DNA from: Oscillospiraceae bacterium
Lineage (GTDB): Bacteria; Bacillota; Clostridia; Oscillospirales; SIG627
Direction of reading: 5' to 3'
Assembly: GCA_015063605.1 (NCBI GenBank)
Contig: SVTV01000011.1
Location: forward strand, 1 to 64,000
Length of the DNA: 64,000 nucleotides
Shown here: in pieces, positions 45,225 to 54,927 of the stretch
How positions within the stretch are numbered: the first letter of the stretch is position 1
Layout: every line of letters begins with the position of its first letter
Translations under genes and position numbers: made by a program
Notes under the pieces: model-generated
What the model was told of the DNA's origin: nothing
The model's database searches: none
The model's input: the letters and a program-made list of their open reading frames with translations, nothing else

Positions 45225-46487
45225 ATGAAAAGAACAATATTAATAGTTATCAGCGCAATATTTGTCTTATCCTGCTTTTCCTGCACTAGGCAGGAATTAC
45301 CGTATCTTTCAGAAGAGATGACGAAAAATGACGGTTTTTCACAAGTATATTCATACACCCCGACCGATGACGGACTTGAAAACGTAATTTTCAGCGGCGT
45401 GTATATGGCATCGAACGATTTATACTACAATGATGGTAATATGTATTTGTGTTCGGCAGATATGTACTACAAAATTGACCTTGAAACGGGAAGACTTACA
45501 ACATTGTGTAAAGACCCGGTGTGCAATCATAAAACATGGGAGTGTCCTTTGCACGGGCAAACCTCGTATTTTTACGTTTTCGGAAAAGATTTTATTTCCA
45601 GACAGTACACATTGATCGGAGGAGAGCGTTTGTTAACGCTTAATCACTTTGATATCGAAAAATCAGTAAGAAAAGTGCTGCATAACTTTAATATGAATTC
45701 AAGTAAACTGATCGAGAACAGGACACTTTACAATGATGAATTATTATTCGTAGATGTTATAAAGGATGAAAAAACAGAAGAGTACATATATTCACTCTGT
45801 GCCGTAAATATAAGAACCGGAAAAAAACGTGTAATGGTACGTGATGCATGGAGAATAACACCTTTAATGGCTGACGAGGGCGGTGTGTACTACTCCGACT
45901 TGAAGGAACAATATTATTTTTATGCAAGAAACAACGATCTTGACGACAGAGAGATACTTCCTTTCTATGCAGTGGCGTTTTATTTAGTGGGGGATAAGAT
46001 AATTTACGAAGACAAAGATGGCTGCCTGATATATTCTGACAGAGACGGAAAAAACAAGATTAATTTGAATATAAAGGGTGTAGACGATTTCTTTGTAACC
46101 GATAACTACGTATATTACCGATATGAGGGAAAAACAAATATTGGAAAAATGCTAACACGAACAGGTCCGGGAAAAACAGAAGAAGTAACGATAGAATTGA
46201 ATATGAATTCCATATACAGATGCAGTCACGACGGAAGCAATGTTGAAGAAGTGATAAGGTTCCATGACGGCGAACCTCTTGAAGCAGGGGAGACCGTGTA
46301 CTATTCTCAAAATATGTTTATACTTTCCGGTTATTACTATACCGGGCTTTTAAGTTATACAATGGGTGAAGACGGATATCTTACAGGAGACCGAGGCGAT
46401 GACAAATGTCGCAATTATCTCCGTATAAACATTGAAACCGGCGAAAAGTATATTATAAAAGTACCGAATATTTACGTTAACCATTAA
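45225..46487 (+). CDS. Paralogous Cys-motif lipoprotein family member 2
   Basis: MKRTILIVISAIFVLSCFSCTRQELPY; CKDPVCNHKTWECPL; same C-terminal motifs; start at ATG 45225 behind AAAGGAG. Confidence 0.7.
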   Translation: MKRTILIVISAIFVLSCFSCTRQELPYLSEEMTKNDGFSQVYSYTPTDDGLENVIFSGVYMASNDLYYNDGNMYLCSADMYYKIDLETGRLTTLCKDPVCNHKTWECPLHGQTSYFYVFGKDFISRQYTLIGGERLLTLNHFDIEKSVRKVLHNFNMNSSKLIENRTLYNDELLFVDVIKDEKTEEYIYSLCAVNIRTGKKRVMVRDAWRITPLMADEGGVYYSDLKEQYYFYARNNDLDDREILPFYAVAFYLVGDKIIYEDKDGCLIYSDRDGKNKINLNIKGVDDFFVTDNYVYYRYEGKTNIGKMLTRTGPGKTEEVTIELNMNSIYRCSHDGSNVEEVIRFHDGEPLEAGETVYYSQNMFILSGYYYTGLLSYTMGEDGYLTGDRGDDKCRNYLRINIETGEKYIIKVPNIYVNH

Positions 46488-46687
46488 AAGTAAGGCTTGC
46501 CGATTTGCGGCAAGCCTTTGAATGAACATTTAAACAATCAAAAAGAACAGAAAAACGGCAAAGTTTACAAATTGTTCATTGATTTTCTTTGCATAATGTT
46601 GTAAAATGATAATGAGATGTTAAAGCACATCCAAATTTTGCACATCGGCAAAAATATCAGAAGCCATTGAAGCGAAAGGAGACCCCC

Positions 46688-47956
46688 ATGAAAAAAATAT
46701 TTTTAATTCTTGTTAGTGTAATACTTGTGTTTTCTTGCGTTTCATGCAAGAGAGAAGAATTGCCGTATTTAACGGAACCTGTAAAAATAGGTGATAATTT
46801 TTCCGAGGTATATACATACGCACCAAATGATGATTCATTAATGAATGTTACATTTCCGGAGTCATTCATACACAATTTAGGATTAGCGTACTACGAAGAT
46901 GAATTGTATCTTGAGTCTCATGACATGGTATACAAAATCAATCTTGAAACCGGAAAACTTACGACCTTGTGTAAAGATCCTATATGCAATCATAGAACAA
47001 AAGAATGTCCTTTTTTTGATTTGTATTCTTATTTTTACATTTTTGATAATAATGTGATTTATTATAGAGATAACACTGTAGTTGAAAAAAATAATATTAC
47101 CAGCAATCTCACAATCGCTTTCTATGATATTAAGAAAAGTAAGTTTTACACACTTTACGAATTTAGCTCCAAACAAAATACTTTCTCGTACAATATGACG
47201 TTATATAATGATGAACTGATGTTTACTGATATAATCCGTGACGAAAAAACAAACGAAAGGACCCATACTTTGTATGCTTTGAACGTAAAAACACGTAAAA
47301 AGAGAGTATTATACAAAGGAGTTCCGCGATACTCCGCTATAACTGCCGATGAAAACGGAGTTTATTATTCTGACAGAGTGAGCGGAAAACATTTGTATGC
47401 CAAAGATAACGATTTGAAAAAAGCTGTAGAGCTTCCTTATAGTTTAGGGTTCACGATAAACGGAAAGATTATTCACAAGACAGACCACACAACTCTTTCT
47501 TCTACACTTGCTTCATATGATTTGAAAACAAATGAATCCAAAGACCTTGGATTAGGTGAAGTAGAGACGTACTTTGTGACAGACAAATACATATATTTCA
47601 GACCGACAGGGGAAATTGATATAGGAAAATTGAAAACCCAGAGCGGGCCGGATCGTGTTTACATAGATCCTTTGATAGATAACTTTAATTCCATTTACAG
47701 ATGTAATCATGATGGAAGTAATGTTGAAGAAGTGATAAAGTTCTATGACGGGGATGTTCAGACGGGAGAGAGTGTGTACTATATTTCGGGAATATTCGTT
47801 TTGGACGGATACTTATATTCGCCTTACTTTAAGTACACCAAACAGGAGGACGGATATTTCACTAATAAGGATGAAGACCCGGATAATGACAAGTACCTCA
47901 GAATAAATATCGAAACAGGAGAAAGATATATAATAAAAACGCCGAGAATGTTTTAA
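46688..47956 (+). CDS. Paralogous Cys-motif lipoprotein family member 3 (most diverged)
   Basis: MKKIFLILVSVILVFSCVSCKREELPY; CKDPICNHRTKECPF; YRCNHDGSNVEEVIKFYDG; ends ...LRINIETGERYIIKTPRMF. Confidence 0.7.
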   Translation: MKKIFLILVSVILVFSCVSCKREELPYLTEPVKIGDNFSEVYTYAPNDDSLMNVTFPESFIHNLGLAYYEDELYLESHDMVYKINLETGKLTTLCKDPICNHRTKECPFFDLYSYFYIFDNNVIYYRDNTVVEKNNITSNLTIAFYDIKKSKFYTLYEFSSKQNTFSYNMTLYNDELMFTDIIRDEKTNERTHTLYALNVKTRKKRVLYKGVPRYSAITADENGVYYSDRVSGKHLYAKDNDLKKAVELPYSLGFTINGKIIHKTDHTTLSSTLASYDLKTNESKDLGLGEVETYFVTDKYIYFRPTGEIDIGKLKTQSGPDRVYIDPLIDNFNSIYRCNHDGSNVEEVIKFYDGDVQTGESVYYISGIFVLDGYLYSPYFKYTKQEDGYFTNKDEDPDNDKYLRINIETGERYIIKTPRMF

Positions 47957-48069
47957 TATGCGATTTTGAAAAAATCGGCTTTGGATTTTCAAGAAAAGTG
48001 AAACATAACACATCCGGTATTTGTGCGTCGGTAAAACTATTCAATACTATCGGAGCGAAAGGAGTTACT

Positions 48070-49341
48070 ATGAAAAGAGCATTATTAATACTCATCAGCG
48101 CAATATTTGTCTTATCCTGCTTTTCTTGCACAAGGCAAGAGCTGCCGTATCTTTCGGAAGAAGCACCAAAAACACTAAATACCGATGTTGTACAAGTATA
48201 TTCATACGATCCGACAGATGACGGACTTGAAAACGTAAGATTTCCTGAGGTGTATATTACCAATGCAGGATTGTATTACAGTGACGGTGAGTTGTATTTC
48301 AAATCAAGCGATATGTATTATAAATATAATATAGAAAGGGGAAATATGTCACCTTTTTGTAAGGATCCTATATGCAATCACAAAACATCGGAGTGTCCTT
48401 TTTACGGTTATATATTTGACGGTTTTTACATTTACGAAGGTAACATTATTTATACACAAAGAGTTCCGATTGGTGAAGATCGTTCCGAAACTCTAAACAT
48501 ATATGATGTAGAGAAAGACGAAAGAAGAATATTGCATCATTTTGATATGAAATCAAGCAGAAGAACTACCAATATGACTTTTTATAACGGAGAATTGTTA
48601 TTTACCGATATAGTAAAAGATGAAAAAACGGAAGAATATATATATTCGCTGTGCGCAGTAAACTTAAAAACGGGTAAAAAACGTATTTTATTAAGTGAGG
48701 GATGGCAGATGTCTGCGCTTATGTCAGATGAAAACGGTGTGTATTACGGAGATGTAAAAAATAAGAAGCTGATATATGCGAGAAATAATGATTTTAATGA
48801 CACAGAAGAGCTTCCGTTTTACAATACACAATTTTATTTTGTCGGGGATAAAGTTATCTACGTAGATAATAATGGATACTTAACTTCTTCTGATAGGTAC
48901 GGAAATAACAAAAAGAATTTGGGGATATCCGATATAGACAGTTTCTTTGTAACGGATAAATATATATATTACAGGCACAACGGTACCACAAATATAGGAA
49001 AAACAATTGAACAGACGGGACGAGGAGAAAAAATAGAACAAACTATGGAGTTGAATGTCAATTCCATATACAGATGCAGCCACGACGGAAGCAATATTGA
49101 AGAAGTGATAAAGTTCTATGACGGTGAACCTCTTGAAGCGGGGGAAAGTGTGTACTATTCTCAAAGTATGTTTATACTTTCCGGATATTATTATACTAAG
49201 TATGATCGTCTTATAATGGGCGAAGACGGATATCTTGTGTCTGACACCGGCGATAAAAAGTTCAATAATTATCTCCGTATAAACATTGAAACCGGCGAAA
49301 AGTATATTATAAAAGTGCCGAATATATACGTAAATCATTGA
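48070..49341 (+). CDS. Paralogous Cys-motif lipoprotein family member 4 (near-identical to member 1 at both ends)
   Basis: MKRALLILISAIFVLSCFSCTRQELPY; about 500 bp at the 3-prime end and about 270 bp at the 5-prime end are about 97 percent identical to member 1 at DNA level. Confidence 0.7.
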   Translation: MKRALLILISAIFVLSCFSCTRQELPYLSEEAPKTLNTDVVQVYSYDPTDDGLENVRFPEVYITNAGLYYSDGELYFKSSDMYYKYNIERGNMSPFCKDPICNHKTSECPFYGYIFDGFYIYEGNIIYTQRVPIGEDRSETLNIYDVEKDERRILHHFDMKSSRRTTNMTFYNGELLFTDIVKDEKTEEYIYSLCAVNLKTGKKRILLSEGWQMSALMSDENGVYYGDVKNKKLIYARNNDFNDTEELPFYNTQFYFVGDKVIYVDNNGYLTSSDRYGNNKKNLGISDIDSFFVTDKYIYYRHNGTTNIGKTIEQTGRGEKIEQTMELNVNSIYRCSHDGSNIEEVIKFYDGEPLEAGESVYYSQSMFILSGYYYTKYDRLIMGEDGYLVSDTGDKKFNNYLRINIETGEKYIIKVPNIYVNH

Positions 49342-49466
49342 TTTTGAATAATGACCGTTGTGACACTATAAAACAAACCGGCAGCACTACCGTTTTTGGT
49401 ATTGCTGCCGATCTGCTTGTTTTCAGGAGTGATTATTTATATTGAGAAATTACCGTGATAAGATCA

Positions 49467-50906
49467 TCAGCCGTTGAGACCGAGAATGTTTTCCGTGTCG
49501 CTTGCCTTTATCATGGCGATAAGCTCATTTGTGCTCATTACCGTCTGGCGGTCGTTTTTGTATTCAGCATCGACGAGAGCCTTGACCTTCAGAACGAGAT
49601 CGGATTTCTTGTCAAGCTCCTTTTCCTCGGGAAGGTTGAAGTGAGCGTTTATCCAATAGGCGATACCGGCAGTACCGGAATTTCCGGAAATGGCGACCTC
49701 GGGACGGCGGTTGAGTATCTTTTTTGTGTCGAAGATATTGTATATCTCCTCGTCCTTGAGAAGTCCGTCCGCATGGATGCCCGCCTTTGTAAGGTTGAAG
49801 TTACTGCCTACAAAGGGAGTCATGGGAGGAATGTCGTAGCCTATTTCGTTTCTGTAATAATCCGCGATCTCCGTAATAACGGAGGTATCCATTCCGTCTG
49901 TGGTTCCGCGGATGGATGCATATTCGAATACCATTGCCTCAAGAGGCACGTTGCCCGTTCTTTCGCCTATTCCGAGAAGGGAGCAGTTTACGGCGCCCGC
50001 ACCGTAAAGCCATGCGTATGTGGCGTTTGTAACGCCCTTGTAGAAATCGTTGTGACCGTGCCACTCTATCATTTCGGAGGGAACGGAGGAATAATGCTTC
50101 AAGCCGTAGATTATGCCGGGAACGCTTCGGGGAAGGGAAGCACCGGGATAGGGTACGCCGTAGCCCATGGTATCGCAGGCACGGATCTTTATGGGAATAC
50201 CCGATTCACGTGAAAGATCCATGAGGGCGTTTGCAAAGGGAACAACGAAGCCGTAGTAATCGGCACGTGTTATATCTTCAAAGTGGCATCTGGGACGCAG
50301 TCCCGCTTCCAATGCATCGTGAACAACGAAGAGATAATGAGTCAGCGCCTGCTGACGTGTCATTCCCAGCTTTTTGAATATATGATAGTCGGAGCAGCTT
50401 ACGAGAATACCCGTTTCCTTTATTCCGATGTCTCTTACCAATTTAAAATCGTTTTTGTTTGCTCTTATCCATGTGGTTATCTCGGGAAATTCGTAACCCA
50501 ATTCCATGCACTTTTCGAGAGCCGCCCTGTCCTTTTCGCTGTAAACGAAAAATTCCGTCTGTCTTATTATACCGTTAGGACCACTGAGGCGGTGGAGCAT
50601 CTTGTATATATCCACTATTTGCTCGGGAGAATAGGGCTTCAATGACTGCTGACCGTCACGGAACGTGGTATCCGTAATAAATATGTTGTCGGGAGTTTCC
50701 ATCGGAACATGTCTGAAATTGAAGGGAACCTTCGGAACCTCGCTGTAAGGATATACATCTCTGTACAATTCCGGTATCTGTACATCCTGTAATCTGTATT
50801 TATAAGTATCCTGTTCAAGTACGTTCGACTTCTTTGATAATTCTATCATGGGGCATGTCCTTTCTTTAAAAAAATGATACATGCGTTCATGTATCATTGT
50901 ATACAA
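49467..50906 (-). CDS. DRE-TIM metallolyase family synthase (2-isopropylmalate / homocitrate / Re-citrate synthase-like)
   Basis: FITDTTFRDGQQS (cf. LeuA DTTLRDGEQ) and HGHND metal-binding motif (EWHGHNDF). Confidence 0.6.
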   Translation of the reverse strand: MYTMIHERMYHFFKERTCPMIELSKKSNVLEQDTYKYRLQDVQIPELYRDVYPYSEVPKVPFNFRHVPMETPDNIFITDTTFRDGQQSLKPYSPEQIVDIYKMLHRLSGPNGIIRQTEFFVYSEKDRAALEKCMELGYEFPEITTWIRANKNDFKLVRDIGIKETGILVSCSDYHIFKKLGMTRQQALTHYLFVVHDALEAGLRPRCHFEDITRADYYGFVVPFANALMDLSRESGIPIKIRACDTMGYGVPYPGASLPRSVPGIIYGLKHYSSVPSEMIEWHGHNDFYKGVTNATYAWLYGAGAVNCSLLGIGERTGNVPLEAMVFEYASIRGTTDGMDTSVITEIADYYRNEIGYDIPPMTPFVGSNFNLTKAGIHADGLLKDEEIYNIFDTKKILNRRPEVAISGNSGTAGIAYWINAHFNLPEEKELDKKSDLVLKVKALVDAEYKNDRQTVMSTNELIAMIKASDTENILGLNG

Positions 50907-51145
50907 TTCGATGCTCTATATTATACACGAAAAAAAATATTTTTCAATAGTATAAACATAAAAAATTGTGTGAATTTTAAAAGTTTTACAAAAATATTTT
51001 GTGCGCTTTGCTTATGTGGAGAAAAGAGAGTGAAAAAACCATTGACAAATCCTTCCCGTTGTGATATCATGTATCTGTTATCACTGACGTGAAGTATATG
51101 AAAGGGCTCCGCATACAAAAATGTGCGGAGAAAAGGATAAATTAT

Positions 51146-52138
51146 ATGATAAATATAGCTTTTGTGGGATTCCGTCACGGACATATCAACGCTTTCTATA
51201 AGATGGCGCAGGAAAACCCCGATGTTAATATCGTTGCCGCTTGTGAAGAGAATGCTGAAGCCCGTGCAGCTGCTGAAGCCGCTCTCGGTGTAAAGTTTAC
51301 ACATGACACATATGAAGCAATGCTTGCCGAAAAGGATATCGACGTTGTTGCTATCGGTGATTACTTCGGTATAAGAGGCTCCAGAGCCATTGAAGCATTG
51401 AAGGCAGGCAAGAACGTATATTCCGATAAGCCTCTCTGCACATCTCTCGATGAATTGGCTGCTATCGAAAAGCTTTCCACAGAAAAGGGACTCAAGGTCG
51501 GCTGTATGCTGGACGTAAGATATGCTCCCTGGGTTGCTACAGCGAAGGCATTCCTCGATTCCGGTAAGCTCGGTAAGATAAATAATGTAAGCTTCGGCGG
51601 ACAGCATCCTCTTCTTTGGGGAAGCCGAGCAGGCTGGTATTTTGAAGAAGGCAAGCATGGCGGAACGATAAACGACATAGCTATCCACGGTATCGATATT
51701 ATAGAATACCTTACAGGCCTCACAATGAAGCGCGTTGTATCCGCTCGCTGCTGGAATGCATACGCTAAGGAGGTTCCCTTCTTCGAGGATTGCGGACAGT
51801 TTATGATCGAAATGTCAAACGGATGCGGACTTATGGCTGACGTTTCCTACGCCGCTCCCGACAGCTGCGGATACGGTCTCCACCTCTACTGGAGATTCAA
51901 CATCTGGGGTGAAAACGGTGTTATGGAAATTACACATACAGACAATGCCGTTAAGGTTGCTATGAACGGTTCTGCGGGATTCGAGCTTCTCGAGCAGGCT
52001 CCCGTTACAACAGACGATTGCCTTAAGGTATTCCTCAGAGAGCTTGCAGGCGAAAAGACACCTATCGATACAGCTTCTACAATAGCTGTTTCCAGAGAAA
52101 ATCTTCTCATTCAGGCTGCTGCCGATGCCGCTAAATAA
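51146..52138 (+). CDS. Gfo/Idh/MocA-family oxidoreductase
   Basis: MINIAFVGFRHGHINAF...; LKAGKNVYSDKPLCTS (EKP-type motif region); start moved to ATG 51146. Confidence 0.65.
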   Translation: MINIAFVGFRHGHINAFYKMAQENPDVNIVAACEENAEARAAAEAALGVKFTHDTYEAMLAEKDIDVVAIGDYFGIRGSRAIEALKAGKNVYSDKPLCTSLDELAAIEKLSTEKGLKVGCMLDVRYAPWVATAKAFLDSGKLGKINNVSFGGQHPLLWGSRAGWYFEEGKHGGTINDIAIHGIDIIEYLTGLTMKRVVSARCWNAYAKEVPFFEDCGQFMIEMSNGCGLMADVSYAAPDSCGYGLHLYWRFNIWGENGVMEITHTDNAVKVAMNGSAGFELLEQAPVTTDDCLKVFLRELAGEKTPIDTASTIAVSRENLLIQAAADAAK

Positions 52139-52170
52139 TTAAACGGAATAATTTGATATTTTTCGGGGTG

Positions 52171-52363
52171 GGGGCGTCGCAATAAGCGACGCCCCCGCTA
52201 AAACAGCGGACGAAAATAGGGGACGGGAACCCGCTATTTTCGGAAACTTGAACGTTTTTGGCGTGTTTTAGTACGAATTTTTACGTAGTTTCGGTGCCAA
52301 AACGATGAATTTTATTCATCGAGTTCAATTTCAGGGCTTGGCTCACGTTAGTGAGACAGCCCC
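52171..52363. repeat. 193-bp structured repeat element, copy B
   Basis: Near-identical to 33918-34110 (about 6 substitutions). Confidence 0.8.
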
Positions 52364-52532
52364 ATCTCTTGTTTTGTTTGTCTTGTTAAAAGGATTGAAC
52401 CTTCTTTTTGAAAAATTCGGCGTTTTTAAGCTTTTGTGTTGCAAAATAAGGCAAATCATGATGTTGAGTTACGGACTTTGTATTTTTTTAAAATAAATTG
52501 TAAATAAATTAAGAAAAATTATTAAAAAAGTA

Positions 52533-52561
52533 TTGACACAAGAGAAAACATATTGTATAAT
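52533..52561 (+). promoter_or_regulatory. Consensus sigma70 promoter TTGACA-17-TATAAT
   Basis: ttgacacaagagaaaacatattgtataat upstream of zinc-ribbon gene. Confidence 0.6.
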
Positions 52562-52612
52562 GTTTTTGACACAAAGTAAGAAATTTTTGTGCAAATCAGA
52601 AAGAGGTATCTA

Positions 52613-52909
52613 ATGTATACAGACAAGACCATCGTCTGCAAGGATTGCGGACAAGAATTCACCTTCACTGCGGGAGAGCAGGAATTTTATGCCGAGAGAG
52701 GCTACAACGAACCGCAGAGATGTAAGTCCTGCAGAATGGCAAAGAAAAACAATATGCAGCAGAACAATGAAGAGGGCGCAGAAAAGACACGCCATCCCGC
52801 TGTTTGCGCAGAGTGTGGAAAGGATTGCGAGGTTCCCTTTATACCCCGTGGCGATAAGCCCGTTTATTGCTCCGATTGCTTCAGAAAGATCAAAGAGAAC
52901 AAAGAATAA
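52613..52909 (+). CDS. Double zinc-ribbon protein (two CxxC-x17/18-CxxC units; zf-trcl-like)
   Basis: CKDCGQEF...RCKSCR and CAECGKDCE...YCSDCF; start at ATG 52613 behind AGAAAGAGG SD. Confidence 0.6.
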   Translation: MYTDKTIVCKDCGQEFTFTAGEQEFYAERGYNEPQRCKSCRMAKKNNMQQNNEEGAEKTRHPAVCAECGKDCEVPFIPRGDKPVYCSDCFRKIKENKE

Positions 52910-53062
52910 TAAACAAGTTTATAATTGCCGTTATGCAAGGCTGTCTTTTGATTAAGGCAGTCTTGTTCGTTTTTTTGCGTTATTATTGCAATCAAAGAAA
53001 AAATGGTGTATAATAATGTAAAAATTACGGCTCGGTGTTTGTGAAAATAAAGGCAGGTCAAT

Positions 53063-54049
53063 ATGGAATCGTTTGTTTTTGCTTTGAATGCAGTTCTTCC
53101 CATAATTCTGATGATAGTTATGGGATATATTTTGAAGAAGAAGGGGTATATGAACCTGACGTTTGCCAAGGCGGCAAACAAGCTGGTGTTTCACTTCTTT
53201 CTTCCCACCATGCTCTTTCTCAATGTTTACAATATAGATAATGTGGGCGGAATAGACTTGGGGTACGTTGTATATGTAACGGTTGCTCTCCTTATAATAT
53301 TCGTGCTGTCCATTCCCGTTGTCAGGATGCTGACGAAGAAAAGCGAGCGCAGAGGCGCTCTTCTTCAGGCGGGCTTCAGATCGAATTACGCTCTAATCGG
53401 AATTCCGTTGGCAAAATCGCTTTTCGGTGACGAGGGTGTTGCAGTGGCTACACTTCTCTCCATCGTGGTGATCCCTCTTCTCAATGCCCTTGCGGTGGTA
53501 AGCCTTTCCATGTTCAGCGACGGAGGAGAAAAGGTAAGCGTAAAAAAAATATTGACAGGCGTCGTAAAAAATCCCCTTATACAAAGCGTTACGCTGGGAC
53601 TTGTCGTTCTCGGCATACGTGCACTGTTCGTCAATTTCGGTATAGAGTTCAGACTATCGGATATAACGCCTCTTTTTAAGGTGCTTACATACCTTTCCAA
53701 TCTTGCAACACCTCTTGCACTTCTCGTTCTCGGTGCGCAGTTTGAGTTTTCCGCAGTTGCCGAGCTTAAAAGGGAGATACTTTTCGGTACCCTGATGCGT
53801 ACCGTGATAGTACCCGTTCTCGGTATCGGTACGGCGTACGTTTTCTTCGGTGACATTTTCGGCGGTGCTCATTTTGCATCCTTCGTTGCGGTATTTGCAA
53901 CACCCGTATCTGTTTCAAGTGTTCCCATGGCTCAGGAAATGGGTGCTGATTCCACCTTGGCAGGTCAGCTCGTCATATGGACTACCATGTGTGCGGCTTT
54001 GTCCGTATTCATTACTTCATTCTTACTTAAAGCGGGAGGTATATTCTGA
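53063..54049 (+). CDS. AEC-family transporter (auxin efflux carrier / malate permease-like)
   Basis: MESFVFALNAVLPIILMIVMGYILKKKGYM is a typical AEC N-terminus; about 10 TM. Confidence 0.7.
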   Translation: MESFVFALNAVLPIILMIVMGYILKKKGYMNLTFAKAANKLVFHFFLPTMLFLNVYNIDNVGGIDLGYVVYVTVALLIIFVLSIPVVRMLTKKSERRGALLQAGFRSNYALIGIPLAKSLFGDEGVAVATLLSIVVIPLLNALAVVSLSMFSDGGEKVSVKKILTGVVKNPLIQSVTLGLVVLGIRALFVNFGIEFRLSDITPLFKVLTYLSNLATPLALLVLGAQFEFSAVAELKREILFGTLMRTVIVPVLGIGTAYVFFGDIFGGAHFASFVAVFATPVSVSSVPMAQEMGADSTLAGQLVIWTTMCAALSVFITSFLLKAGGIF

Positions 54050-54885
54050 TGACATCCGACAAGCTTTGCTCACCCTTCAAAGGGCTTTATGAAACGCTTT
54101 CCGAGGATAAAACGCTTCTTTATCTTGAACGCATAGGCGTGAAGGATGCGGATGTGTCGGAAAAGAGCTTAGGGCTTTTAATGAAATGCCATCTTGAAAG
54201 CGTTCCCTTTGAGAATTTCGATGTGTTCCATGCTCATTCGGAGCCTTCACTTGATATTAACGATCTTTTTGAGAAGATAGTAATAAAGCGCCGCGGCGGT
54301 TATTGCTTTGAATTGAACGGTCTTTTCTGCGCTCTGCTTGATTCCTTGGGATTTAAAGCGGAGAGCCGTACCGCAAGGATACCATACGGAAAGAATTTTC
54401 CTGCTCCGAAGGCACACCGCATAATAATTGCCGATACGGGAGAAAGAAAATATTTCTGCGATATCGGCTTCGGCGGTCCCGTTCCCTATTCTCCCATTCC
54501 CTTGGAATTCGGTAAGACATTTGTCTGCGATGCAGGCAGAAGCTACCGCTTCGAGGAAAGAGAGGACGGTATCCTTCTTGAAACGGAAAAGGACGGAGAA
54601 TATGTTCCTCTTCTTTTCTTTTCATCAAAGGCGTCCGATCCCGTTGATTTTTTACCGCTGAACGCATTTTGCTCAAGGTCTTGCCATGAGCCTTTTCTGA
54701 AAAAGCAGATGATGTGGCGGCTTACAAGGGAAGGAATAAAGTATTCTCTTAACGGCGGTCTTTTGAAGATCACGGGCGGTGAAAGGGATGAGGAATACAT
54801 CCTTGACACCGAGGATGCTCTCAGAGAAGCCTTGGATAAGTATTTCGGCGTAAAATATGACGGAAGCCTTCGGGCTTGGTTATAA
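54049..54885 (+). CDS. Arylamine N-acetyltransferase (NAT family)
   Basis: Conserved active-site motif RGGYCFELN (catalytic Cys) plus downstream His/Asp region; start ATG overlaps stop of AEC gene (TGATG). Confidence 0.8.
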   Translation: MTSDKLCSPFKGLYETLSEDKTLLYLERIGVKDADVSEKSLGLLMKCHLESVPFENFDVFHAHSEPSLDINDLFEKIVIKRRGGYCFELNGLFCALLDSLGFKAESRTARIPYGKNFPAPKAHRIIIADTGERKYFCDIGFGGPVPYSPIPLEFGKTFVCDAGRSYRFEEREDGILLETEKDGEYVPLLFFSSKASDPVDFLPLNAFCSRSCHEPFLKKQMMWRLTREGIKYSLNGGLLKITGGERDEEYILDTEDALREALDKYFGVKYDGSLRAWL

Positions 54886-54927
54886 ATAATTCGGTAAATT
54901 GTATTTTCCCAATAAAGGAGATTTGTT

